64,000 nt of DNA from a virus: the IMG/VR virus record IMGVR_UViG_3300040801_004793, positions 32,001-96,000 of that record. One strand, 5' to 3'. Below are positions 28,560-38,800 of this stretch, piece after piece (position 1 is the first letter of the stretch; every line of letters starts with the position of its first letter). A program made the translations under genes and the position numbers. The notes beneath the pieces were generated by a model. It was not told the DNA's origin, made no database searches, and saw nothing but the letters and a program-made list of their open reading frames with translations.

Positions 28560-28586
28560 TTAAAACCGGAAAAAGAGTTTATTCTG

Positions 28587-28615
28587 GCCCCCTAGATATT
28601 TAGGGGGCTTTATTT
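28587..28615 (+). terminator. Rho-independent terminator
   Basis: GCCCCCTAG-ATAT-TTAGGGGGC followed by TTTATTT. Confidence 0.7.
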
Positions 28616-28635
28616 GTCTTCTATACAAAAAAGTC

Positions 28636-29484
28636 ATGAATCACACCTTTATTCTTAACACTCCCTCAAAAGCACCCGATCTTTACATTGGTGACTTGGT
28701 AGAAAATACAAATGCTTTGAGAGACGATATTGGACCCTTTCTTATAAATCTGGTTAATCAAAAGAAAGCTAGACTTAGAACAGATTTAAATCACTTTTAT
28801 TTCCCTGCGATGAGGGAAACTTTTCTTTATACTGCTAGAAGCACTAGTGTTATTAATCTAGGATCTAGTAGTGTTGTCTATTACCTTTCAGAAGAAGATC
28901 TAGAAAACGATCATCTTCAGTGGCTTTTAAAAGTTTCCGGGAAAAGTGTGTCGGACCTTTTAACAGAACGGCGAACTAATACTACTGAGTATTCATTAGA
29001 GAGGCTGTATAGTTCTAATCCTGGTGCTCAGTATGGCCTTTATTATATACTTAGGAAATTTTATAATTTTTCTAATTTTTATAACGAGGAGCCGGGTCAA
29101 ATTAATTTTCCGCAAAGGGGTTTAAAAGTACTTAGTACTTTGTTTCCATCTTTAAATTTTCAGCGTATCAGTATTACGAATTACTACGGTGTGTATAAAT
29201 TTTTGTCTGCTCTATTTGCACTTATTTCCCCACGAGGAATCTACTACCTTTCTGAAGGCAACTTTTTAGAGGGGAAAAGAGAAATGTCTAACAGCCTCTT
29301 ACTTTTTAGTAAGACGAGGGGCATATCAAAACTAGGTTATGACTTTTCTAAATTAGAATATGACAGCTTTCCAAATAGTCAAAGAGCAGTTGTGACTTTA
29401 GCCCAAAAATTAAAAATACCAGTCTATAACCTCTACTACCCTGTAGATAGAAAACACATTATTCGTAATGTGTTCTATTGCTGA
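28636..29484 (+). CDS. Hypothetical protein (weak SLOG/DprA-like C-terminus)
   Basis: A...A..L.IPVYNL ending; otherwise unrecognised. Confidence 0.55.
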   Translation: MNHTFILNTPSKAPDLYIGDLVENTNALRDDIGPFLINLVNQKKARLRTDLNHFYFPAMRETFLYTARSTSVINLGSSSVVYYLSEEDLENDHLQWLLKVSGKSVSDLLTERRTNTTEYSLERLYSSNPGAQYGLYYILRKFYNFSNFYNEEPGQINFPQRGLKVLSTLFPSLNFQRISITNYYGVYKFLSALFALISPRGIYYLSEGNFLEGKREMSNSLLLFSKTRGISKLGYDFSKLEYDSFPNSQRAVVTLAQKLKIPVYNLYYPVDRKHIIRNVFYC

Positions 29485-30926
29485 TTTTCTTCTGGCACTT
29501 CTGTAGCTTGCGTGTCTACGGCTGAAGGTTCTTGTCCACTAGAATCAGGTGGGGGAGTATAACTAGTGCCTAACATAGGATGTACTCCCTGATAAACCTG
29601 ATTTTCGTAGTAAGACTTAAGAAGTTGTTCTTGGAGATAAGTCTGAGATTCTTCTTTAGTAACTGTAGGAAGTCCAAGACTATCATACAGAGCATTTTGA
29701 ATATTAATATTTTGTGCCGGTAATATTTGACTACTTACTGCACTAATAATATTTTGAACTCTCAAAGAGATCGACTCTTGATCTTCAATTTCGTCCATCT
29801 TAAAGGTGCCAAAGTTTTTGGTAACACCAAAGTTCCAAATAAGAAGGGGTTTTACTATTTTTTCTACTAGTTGATCTCTAATTTGAGCAACTACACTTTC
29901 AATTTGAGCATCTAGTATAGTTTTTTTCTGTCGAGAAAGATTACTAAAAGAGACACCTTCTCTAAAAGTCATTTCTGGAATTCCATAACTTTTCATAATT
30001 CCGTTTTCAAGAATTGTAATATACATCTGCCAAGTAGCTTCTTTGGTTGTAGGGATGAGAGGCATTACTTGGTTTTTATTATCTGTTACAAGAACGGAAT
30101 TATTTTCAAGATTTAAAAGTTGTTGAGCTAGAGCGTGAACGGCGGACTGAACCATTGGAGTGCCGTCAGAGTTAAAACGAGGATTTCCCTGGGAATCAAC
30201 AATTTGTACAGTTTCATTTGAGTCTGCTTTTCCAAGCCACATACCAGAAGCACTATTTTTTGCAGAGATCATCATCTCTGTAAGAATTGCTTGTTTGGCT
30301 TTATAGTATTGATAAGCTGTACCGGATTCAGGATCTCCATAAACCATGTCGTGTTCTCCGATATTCGAAGAAAAACCATTTACGACATGAATAATTTTAG
30401 GGTATGGAATTTTTTTAACTTTTCCAGTAGATTCTCTATAACGAAGAAAAAAGATCTCACCGTTTTTACCTTCAAAAGAGATACGAGTTTGATCTAAAAT
30501 GTTTATATTCTTTAGACGCCACTGACCTAAAATTTCATCTGTAAAAACAATTTCCCCACCAGAAAACCCCAAAGCCATAGCGGAAGCTAAACGACCTACA
30601 ATATGAGTCAGGCTTCCCCTCATTCCATCAAAATTTTCTTGCACCCATCTTTCTATAAAAGCATCTTCATGGCTATATTTCCCCAACATTAAAGCAGCTC
30701 GTAAACACTTTAATTCTATGCAACTTCTAACAAGAGGATCTTTTCTAGCCATCTTGAGATAGTCAATAAGTTTAGGATCATTATTAGAAACTTCTTGTAA
30801 AAAAGTTTGAGTAATAGAATTTAAACTCGAACTGATTTGACCCGAAACAGGAGCCATTAAGCTAGGATTCCAAGTTTTTACTTTGTCTTGTTTTTGTGTG
30901 TATAAATTTTTAAAGTTAGGGGCCAT
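29475..30926 (-). CDS. Portal protein (DUF935/Mu gp29-like)
   Basis: D..V.S.IE.K, A...GFS..EI, YG.PE...AY..YK.K, L...I..Q..E..VKPL..WNFG; 483 aa. Confidence 0.8.
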   Translation of the reverse strand: MAPNFKNLYTQKQDKVKTWNPSLMAPVSGQISSSLNSITQTFLQEVSNNDPKLIDYLKMARKDPLVRSCIELKCLRAALMLGKYSHEDAFIERWVQENFDGMRGSLTHIVGRLASAMALGFSGGEIVFTDEILGQWRLKNINILDQTRISFEGKNGEIFFLRYRESTGKVKKIPYPKIIHVVNGFSSNIGEHDMVYGDPESGTAYQYYKAKQAILTEMMISAKNSASGMWLGKADSNETVQIVDSQGNPRFNSDGTPMVQSAVHALAQQLLNLENNSVLVTDNKNQVMPLIPTTKEATWQMYITILENGIMKSYGIPEMTFREGVSFSNLSRQKKTILDAQIESVVAQIRDQLVEKIVKPLLIWNFGVTKNFGTFKMDEIEDQESISLRVQNIISAVSSQILPAQNINIQNALYDSLGLPTVTKEESQTYLQEQLLKSYYENQVYQGVHPMLGTSYTPPPDSSGQEPSAVDTQATEVPEENQQ

Positions 30927-32913
30927 CGTTAATACTTATTGCTAGTACTTCAATTTTTTCAAATTGGTTTTCGGGTAAGTTATTGAGTGTCTCAAGATTC
31001 GTATCGGGAATTAAATCTATTAAAGCTGGAATACTAACTCTCTTCGTCATGTCAGTATCTAAAGCTAGGTTGTCTGTGTAATTAGTATTGTCTAAATTAC
31101 TAATTGGGTAAAAGCCATATTTTAATTCTACCCCATGAAAGAAGAAGCCTTCTGTTGGTACATCATCGGTTCTCCAATGAAAGAAAGGAAGACTGCTTTC
31201 GTCTGTAAAAATTAGGTGATCTCCTTCTGTACTATAGCCTAAACAGTTTCTTTGCCATGCTCCTCTCACTCTCTGATAAAGGGTAAAAGCTACACTTTTA
31301 GGAGTATTAGGATATTTGTCTACCCAGTTTACTTCATTTTCATAATCATCCGTCATAAAAAGAGATGAAAGAAAATCAAAGGGACCTAGTACTACTTCTG
31401 GGTATATAGCAGCGTCAATTAAAGATGTACTAACATCTGCAATACTTCCAGGAAGTAAATTCCCTTCTACAACTCTATTTCTTTCGTAGACAAGAGTTAC
31501 TCCATTTTCAGAAATTTCGAAGATGCCTATAATCCAAGGTTGATCTAAATCAAAATAAGTCTCAGGATCTTGATTTCTGTCGATATCACCAAAAGATCCC
31601 CCAACGTGAAAAACAACGTAGGCTTTTTCAGAATTGTTAAAAAGTAAAAACTGACCTTCATCTAGAGGACCTTCTCCAGACCAACTAGCTATAAAAGCTT
31701 TTGGAAATTTATGTACTTTTCCTTTCCAAAAAGCATAGTATTCTACAAAGGGTTGGTCCCAGGAGGGATGTATGGGAAGTAAACTTTCGTTTGGAGCTAC
31801 GTAAGGAGAATTTCCATCAAAAACAGTTACAGAAGAAGAGTAGTTGCCACTAGTACTTCCAGGTATAATATTCCCTGTTAATGTTCCCGTAAAAATTATA
31901 TTGCCTCCTGAGTATAAATTTAAGATTGGATCAGGAGAAATAGAACTTGGAGAATCACAGCTTACTGAACTTGAGCTGTTATAGGCCCAAGCTTGAGTGA
32001 GATCGTTGATGTCTTTAGTGTATACTATTCCGGGCCAAACTCTAGTCCAACCATCCGCACTAGAGTCGGGGTTAATTATAGGAGGCCCTTCTGTTATTCC
32101 CCCGGTATACCAAAAAGTCTCTGTATAGTTTACGTACCTATCTCTAGGGGGTTGAGGTGGAGAGACTGCATCGTTATAAGGCAGAGTAATATTTCTAGGG
32201 CCATACTCTCTTAGAGAGCCACAAGTGCAGGATTCTGGAGTACAAGGAGAAGGAATCCAACCTATAGCCTCTGGAGGTGGATTATAAAAAGAGTTGGCTA
32301 AAACATTATCTTCACCAAAAAAGTTATAGCTTCTATTTTCCGCAACTAACCCTGTACTAGGATAGTAAGAATCTAATCTAGGAGAAACACATGCGGGATT
32401 TGGATATCTATCAAAACTTGCATCTGAGGGTCTACTTTCAAGTCTAAAACTTCTCGCACCAAGATAGAGACCTTGAGGATGAGTATAAAAATTTTCACTT
32501 CCGGGCCAATGCTTTCCGGCAGCTAATACTTTCTCTGTGTCGATGTCTCTTGTATTGTAGTCAAAAAACTCTACAACGCTTGGACTTCTTCTATTTGGAT
32601 TTAAATATTCTAGGCTAAAAAGAATACAAACTTGAGTATCTGCTCTTGTTACAGGATTAGGAAGGGGTACCGTTTGTCGATCTAATAAAATAGTTTCGTT
32701 GGTTTCTCTTTCTATTTCTTGCCCTATGGCTATACCATTTGTAAGAAGAACATTCTGTCCAGGAAAAATATTATTTTGACACCGGTACTCTTTACTTAAG
32801 TGGCTAATTACTTGTCCAGGAAGATATTCTTTCGTGGCTCTGTAAAGACTTGCCCCGGAAGTAATATTCAGTAAATTATTTCCAAAAGAATTAAAAAGAT
32901 TTTGACTGCTCAT
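30916..32913 (-). CDS. Virion/tail-associated protein
   Basis: 665 aa, S/P/G-rich, in the tail operon. Confidence 0.5.
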   Translation of the reverse strand: MSSQNLFNSFGNNLLNITSGASLYRATKEYLPGQVISHLSKEYRCQNNIFPGQNVLLTNGIAIGQEIERETNETILLDRQTVPLPNPVTRADTQVCILFSLEYLNPNRRSPSVVEFFDYNTRDIDTEKVLAAGKHWPGSENFYTHPQGLYLGARSFRLESRPSDASFDRYPNPACVSPRLDSYYPSTGLVAENRSYNFFGEDNVLANSFYNPPPEAIGWIPSPCTPESCTCGSLREYGPRNITLPYNDAVSPPQPPRDRYVNYTETFWYTGGITEGPPIINPDSSADGWTRVWPGIVYTKDINDLTQAWAYNSSSSVSCDSPSSISPDPILNLYSGGNIIFTGTLTGNIIPGSTSGNYSSSVTVFDGNSPYVAPNESLLPIHPSWDQPFVEYYAFWKGKVHKFPKAFIASWSGEGPLDEGQFLLFNNSEKAYVVFHVGGSFGDIDRNQDPETYFDLDQPWIIGIFEISENGVTLVYERNRVVEGNLLPGSIADVSTSLIDAAIYPEVVLGPFDFLSSLFMTDDYENEVNWVDKYPNTPKSVAFTLYQRVRGAWQRNCLGYSTEGDHLIFTDESSLPFFHWRTDDVPTEGFFFHGVELKYGFYPISNLDNTNYTDNLALDTDMTKRVSIPALIDLIPDTNLETLNNLPENQFEKIEVLAISINDGP

Positions 32914-32925
32914 TAAAGAATAAAT

Positions 32926-33357
32926 TTAAACTGTCCAAAAATCAAAATAACCCCATCCGTTCATACCTATTGATCCAGATGGATCTATACCGAGATAAAC
33001 TTTATAGCTTTCTTGTTGGGTGTGATAGAAGAGTTTAAGTTCTCCTACTTGTGCTGGTGGACCTGGATCTATATCATTTTCTTCATAGCTAGCTACTGCA
33101 ACACCTCCACCACCGCTGCTTCCAGCAAAAAGAAGTGCTCTACCACCAGAAGTAATTTCTACTACGTCAGGTAAAGATTCTGCCTCTACACTGTTCTCGT
33201 CAAAAATATACCAAGCCGCTTGTCCACTGCCATCACTTAAATCAGAATTGTCTTTAACATAGATAGGTTGACCTGGTAAAAGATTTGTTCTAGCTTTTAA
33301 TGTAGTAAAGTTAGTGGAAGAATAAATTTGGCTGAATGCTGTGGTTAGACTGCTCAT
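32926..33357 (-). CDS. Small tail fibre/adaptor protein
   Basis: DG.G...WY.FD..S......V.....GR motif shared with repeats in the 1140-aa tail protein. Confidence 0.5.
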   Translation of the reverse strand: MSSLTTAFSQIYSSTNFTTLKARTNLLPGQPIYVKDNSDLSDGSGQAAWYIFDENSVEAESLPDVVEITSGGRALLFAGSSGGGGVAVASYEENDIDPGPPAQVGELKLFYHTQQESYKVYLGIDPSGSIGMNGWGYFDFWTV

Positions 33358-33376
33358 AATTTTTTTGTGTTAGTTA

Positions 33377-34243
33377 TTAATAGTCTGAATAAGTAGAATT
33401 ACCTGATACAATACCATTTGTACTTCCAGGAATTTTATAAATGGTTCGATCTCGTACACTACAATTTTGGTCTAGGTTAACTCTTGGTCCTGAAGCACTT
33501 CCCGTTATAGTTACTCCTAGACCCGCGAAATCTGCTATAGATCCTAATCTACCTAAAATAAAACAGGTACCCCAGACGGGATTTCCTACAAGAGTTAAAG
33601 TTCGGGTTTCTTCATTAGGCACAAAGTAATCTAAAACACTACCATACCCAAGATTAAAAAAGTATGAAAAGTTACCCTCAATAGTAATTCCAGAAATAAT
33701 TTTACAGATTGCTTGGTTGTGAGCCTGTATTCCAGTAGGACCTACAGGAGTAGAGGGGTCTAGTACAAAAGATAGATTATCAATTTGTACGAAAGAGTTG
33801 TCTATAAATATTCTTCCTAGGTTAATTACTCTGACTTTAAAATCTTTCAGTACTATTTTTTTTACTCTTTCACCTTTAAAAAGATATCTTGAACCATCAT
33901 TTTGAAAAGTACTATCAGAAGCAGTAGAGCTAAAACCTTGTATGGTAACTAGACCAGATCCAACGGGGTCTTTTAATTCTATAGTATTTGCTCCTAAATC
34001 CCAAGTTTCCGCTAGACCTGCTTTAATAGTAACATTATATACACCTAAATCTAAACTAGAAACATAATCTATAGCTGCTTGCCAAGTAGCAAAAGCTCCT
34101 TCTGCACTATTTGAGGTTCCAGAATTTAAATCATTGCCATCAGACCGGACATAATAAATTTTATCTTCCGTAAGAAGAGTCCGTCCAACTTTAACTCCTT
34201 CAGTTCCAGATTTATTATTATATAGACTTTGTAGTGTACTCAT
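33377..34243 (-). CDS. Tail fibre/receptor-binding protein (beta-helix-like)
   Basis: YYVRSDGND.NSG......AFATWQAAID motif; N-terminal LQSLYNN peptide. Confidence 0.65.
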   Translation of the reverse strand: MSTLQSLYNNKSGTEGVKVGRTLLTEDKIYYVRSDGNDLNSGTSNSAEGAFATWQAAIDYVSSLDLGVYNVTIKAGLAETWDLGANTIELKDPVGSGLVTIQGFSSTASDSTFQNDGSRYLFKGERVKKIVLKDFKVRVINLGRIFIDNSFVQIDNLSFVLDPSTPVGPTGIQAHNQAICKIISGITIEGNFSYFFNLGYGSVLDYFVPNEETRTLTLVGNPVWGTCFILGRLGSIADFAGLGVTITGSASGPRVNLDQNCSVRDRTIYKIPGSTNGIVSGNSTYSDY

Positions 34244-34244
34244 T

Positions 34245-34646
34245 TTAAGTTAGATTGTAGTTTGTTAAAGCTTCTAAAAGAGTTTGTAAGTTGTAATAAT
34301 TTAAAGCTTGTATTATTTCTAATTCTAGTTGTTCAGATATAGATCCCAATGTTTTGAGTTCATTCCAGACTAAACTGGCACTATTAAAATCTCCCTTGTC
34401 GATATCGGACTCTAGAGCCATAACCAGCCCCGGTTCAGTCCGAAGAAGATTCCGGTAAGCAGAATTGCCCCGCCGCCACTGGCGAAACCCAGCCCAGTCT
34501 GGGGGAGTAGGTTGCCACTGGGGGAAATCGGCAGGGGTGATCTGTACCCGGCTAATTTCATTCCCTGCTGAATCTAGCGTTATGCCCCAATTGGTAAGGG
34601 TGCCACCAATGGCGCGATCGTCAACAATGCAAATTTTTTTTCTCAT
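34245..34646 (-). CDS. Tail fibre assembly/chaperone-like protein, paralog 2
   Basis: TAATG-coupled to the upstream fibre gene; PDWAGFRQWRR domain shared with 35460..35873. Confidence 0.6.
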   Translation of the reverse strand: MRKKICIVDDRAIGGTLTNWGITLDSAGNEISRVQITPADFPQWQPTPPDWAGFRQWRRGNSAYRNLLRTEPGLVMALESDIDKGDFNSASLVWNELKTLGSISEQLELEIIQALNYYNLQTLLEALTNYNLT

Positions 34647-35717
34647 TAGAACGCTCCCAAAACTCTGATATTCCAATCAGCCGCCAGTACTGTTGCAGAA
34701 GCGCCACCATTGGCGGGAATGACAATTGGACCGTATCTGGCGATATTTATATTAACGTAAGTCGCGTCTGAACTGGATTGGAATCCATAGTCTGTGTATG
34801 CGACGCCTGTTGTGTTTATCTCTTTCCCCACAGACCAGCCGTGATTGCTAGGACCATTTTTGCAAACAAGCCGGACCTCAATTAATTTTGCAGCCTCCCC
34901 CTGCCCATGAGCGATCTGGATATCTCCCCCCGCTACCCATGATGTGATCGTTGTATCTAAATTCCAGTTAATGATCCCATTAGCACCAGGCAGACCGGCG
35001 GGGCCTTGTAGGTCTACCGGGCTCGTATCAGAAAGGCCGTTCCCCGTCAGGTCAAAGCTTAGGGATGTTCCGTCCCAGATTGGTGTGGGGGTAAAACTTA
35101 AATTATCAACAAAACTATTAGCTGAGACGAGAATCCAGATTCCACTAGAATAAACTAACTCTAAATAAGCAAAATCACTATTTAAAGTAAAAGTTGTATT
35201 CACCTCATCTATAATAGTGTTTGTCCCGCTTCTTTCAATAATTAAATTGTTAGTAGAAAAGTTGCCTTTTTTATCCGTGAATTTAATTCTAGACCCCTCT
35301 AGTGGGCTATTTGGAAGAGTAGCTGTTATAGCTCCCGTTGTAGTATCTACTAGATAGACAGTATTTACTAAAGCAGTAAAAGAAGTACTTTGAGAAACAA
35401 TCCTGTCTACCCAAGTAATTCCTTGTCTATTATTATAGAGATTTTGAATAAGTGTCATTTTAAGAAGCGTTATAGTTTGTTAGAGCTTCGGCTAACTCGT
35501 TTAAGTTGAAGTTCAGTAAAGCTTGGCTTATTTCTATTTCTAATATATCAGATATAGCGCCTAAATTTTTTAGTTCACCCCAAAGAAGAGATGCACTAAT
35601 AAGGTCTTTCTGTTCTATATCATTTTCTAAGGCCATAACCAACCCTGGTTCAGCCCGCAGAAGATCGCGATAGCTGGCATTAGATCGTCGCCACTGGCGA
35701 AACCCAGCCCAGTCTGG
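34474..35717. repeat. Direct repeat between chaperone paralogs (29-bp exact core)
   Basis: cgccactggcgaaacccagcccagtctgg at 34474-34502 and 35689-35717, within a longer imperfect repeat. Confidence 0.9.
34646..35458 (-). CDS. Short tail fibre (adaptor domain + variable tip)
   Basis: YLVDTT...ITATLPNSP..GSRI domain duplicated from the 1494-aa fibre; collagen-like GPAGLPGANG; GC-rich tip. Confidence 0.7.
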   Translation of the reverse strand: MTLIQNLYNNRQGITWVDRIVSQSTSFTALVNTVYLVDTTTGAITATLPNSPLEGSRIKFTDKKGNFSTNNLIIERSGTNTIIDEVNTTFTLNSDFAYLELVYSSGIWILVSANSFVDNLSFTPTPIWDGTSLSFDLTGNGLSDTSPVDLQGPAGLPGANGIINWNLDTTITSWVAGGDIQIAHGQGEAAKLIEVRLVCKNGPSNHGWSVGKEINTTGVAYTDYGFQSSSDATYVNINIARYGPIVIPANGGASATVLAADWNIRVLGAF

Positions 35718-35873
35718 TAGTGCGGGTGGATCTGCCCACGCCACAAACGCGCCATCCTCATCCAGTACCGCATGGCTAGCGCCGGGGGGCGGTGTGTTAG
35801 GGGCGGCAAAGTCGTTAGTTCCAAAACGCAAATCGCCACCGTAAATCTCGCCTGTCGCGGCATCAATCCACAT
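35460..35873 (-). CDS. Tail fibre assembly/chaperone-like protein, paralog 1
   Basis: Directly after the long fibre; PDWAGFRQWRR...EALTNYN. Confidence 0.6.
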   Translation of the reverse strand: MWIDAATGEIYGGDLRFGTNDFAAPNTPPPGASHAVLDEDGAFVAWADPPALPDWAGFRQWRRSNASYRDLLRAEPGLVMALENDIEQKDLISASLLWGELKNLGAISDILEIEISQALLNFNLNELAEALTNYNAS

Positions 35874-38800
35874 TTAGAAAAACCTCCAAGCTACGGCGTA
35901 GCAATCTACGCCAGAATTAACCTCACTTGTGGTCGTTGTTCCGCCCGCGCCATTTACCCCAGCGCCAGCTTCGTTCCAACCTAAAATTACGTGGTTAGAT
36001 CCGGTCCTAAACCGGATCACCCCAGGGATCCCTGAATACCCTGCGGACAATCCAGCCCGAACAAACGCCGAGCCTGCTGCGGCTTGCTCAGCGTGTCCGC
36101 CTGAGAGCAACACCCAAGCAACAGCCCCTGGCTGTCTGGCGAATACTTGCATGCCTGCCTCTGGGACACCTAGATGAGCGTTCAGGGAATATAGGGTGTT
36201 GGCATTAATTGAAATCACCCCGCTTTGATAGCGCCCGTTGTACGCATACTGCACTACAGCAGTGACCCCGCTGCCGTCCGTGGTTGCCTGCCCCACGTAT
36301 ACCCGAGGGGCATCAACCCATGCCGCCCCATCCCAGGAAAACCCTTTGTAATTAACGGTGTCGAACCACCATTGCCCTGAAGCTGGAGATGTAGGGGCAG
36401 TGGCACCATAGGCAGGCTCCAGGGTGCTGTGCCCGGTGGTGACGGTGGTGCCATCCCACTCCACCCACAGGTAGCAGATATCGCTGGCGGTGAGCGAACC
36501 CCAGGACGTAGCGCTGGGGATTTCAAAAATATCGTCGATCGCCCCTGCCCCGCCCCAACCTTTAGCAATTGTGGCGATCGCACTGCCACTTGAAACCACC
36601 TGTAAGCCCGTCCCTACCGTCAGCCAAGACGGTGGGCCATTTAATACCACTTGCCTTACTCCCCCGGTGGCTGCCCCCGATGGTCCTCGCAGATTCACCG
36701 GGGCGATATCTGCTGATCCATCTCCAGTAGTATCCCAACCAAGACTGCTACCATCCCACACGGGATTAGGAGTAAGGCCTTTATTGTCTAGAAAAGAGTT
36801 ACCTCCTGCAAGACTCCAAATACCATCAAAGTAGGCTAATTCTATGTTAGCAAAATCGCTATTCAACTCTAAAGAGGTTAATGTTCCATCCGTAAGAGTG
36901 TTTGTACCACTTCTATTAATGGTTAGAGAGTTTGTTCCAAAGCTTCCCACTTTATCCACAAATCTAATTCTACTTCCGTTAGTAGGACTGTTAGGTAGAG
37001 TTGCTGTAATAGAAGTCGCAGTCGTATCTACTAAATAGAGGTTTTCTGGTTCAGCGGTAAAAGAAATGTTTGTACTTTGAATAGTAAGACTACTTCCTCC
37101 TTCACTAGAGCCAACAGAAATAGATGTATTTTCTATTCGAGAAATTTGGAAAAAACTTTCTACTCTGTAAGTATTAGCCTCAAAGCAAACTACTTTAATC
37201 TGGTCTCCTGAAGAAAGACTTACAATTTTTGTAAAATTAGCAGATGAGGCTCCAGTCGTTTCTGAAAAAGGGTGGTCTATAGTAGCCTCTCTAACACCGT
37301 TGATTTCTAGACCAAAAACAATTCTGCTATTAGTATTTTGTCTAACGTGGACACTGATCAAAACGCTTTCATCTTGAGGAGCTGTATAAACACCTCCCAC
37401 TAAGTTGGTGTTATTTAGACTGTCTGTATCCCAAGTTACAGTGTCCGAACTAGCAAATGCTGTATCTACACTTAAACTAGCATCTACTAAAGGAACTAAC
37501 TGCTTAACACTTGTTGTGCCAACATTGGCGGGATTTACAGTAATTTCTTTATACCCTAAAACTTCCCAGCTAGAACCCGCAATAAAGTTATCACCTTGAG
37601 TTATCTCAATACTCTGTATCGCTTCGGTGTTTTTCCAAATAATATTCCCGAGTCTAAGACTATCATCTACGTTTGTAGAGTCTCTAGGTACTACTCCATA
37701 GACTTCAAGATTTTTATACTTAGAAGTACTTCCGGGATCTAAAACTTTGATAAAAAGGCTACCAAACGTATATATTTCAGAATTAGATCCTGGTATCGGA
37801 AAACCAACATTACTCCCCACTCCCTCTAATAAAGCGGGTGTACTGTCAAGGTTTAATAAGTACTTATCGTAGTTAGAGACATTTGAATCTCCGTTAATTC
37901 TGATTTCTGGGAAAGTTCTTGTAGCAGAATCCGAGCGAAGACTATAATTAAGTTCTAATTTTTCATAAGAATTGGCATCTAAATTAGAGGCCAAAAGGCT
38001 ATTACTTGAAGAAGAAAGCGTACCCCCCGCTACTTTAATAGCCGTATAAATAGTATTCGAACCAAAACTTCCCCCCACGGTATTTTTTCGCCACCCTAAC
38101 AACGAAAAGAATCCTCTTCCAGCATGAAAGTTAATTACCGTATTAGGAAGACCAGACCCCTGATGAGCTAGGATTCTAATTCTTTCTCCCGCAACTAAAG
38201 AGAGGTTTGAAGAAATTACAGGTATAGTTTCAGCGTCACTATATGTTCCTCTAGCTACTTCAGACCTTCCTACTTCTATATAGGTAGAGTCTAATAGCTT
38301 TTTTTCTAGAATGATAATACATCTCCCACTTACTGGAGTATTATCTTCATTATCAAAGTGAATGGCAGCAGAAACCTGAAGGTAGCAATCCTCTTGAGCT
38401 TCCCATTCATTGTTTACAGGGTCCCAGGCGACCTCGGTATCGCTTGTAGGTGTGTCCCAATCAACAAGGACGTTTGATCCAGAAGCTATCGTCTGACCAC
38501 CATCCTTAGTAGCATAGAAGTGAATGCTTTGAAAAGAAGTGCCTCCAGTCCCACCAGATCCAATTTCTGTTTCTACTCCACCACTATTACGGTAGTACAG
38601 TTTTCCATCGGTACCAGCATATACAGTAGTATTTGTACCTCCAGGATCAGCGACACTTCCAGGAACTTGTTGAACTAGATTGAGTGTATCTGAACTACCT
38701 CCTCCCGCAGGAGGATCACCGTAGACTAAATTACTACCAACCTTCTTTAATACCTGCCCTTCAGTAGCCGCATCAAAACCGGAGACTATTGAGGAAAGTT

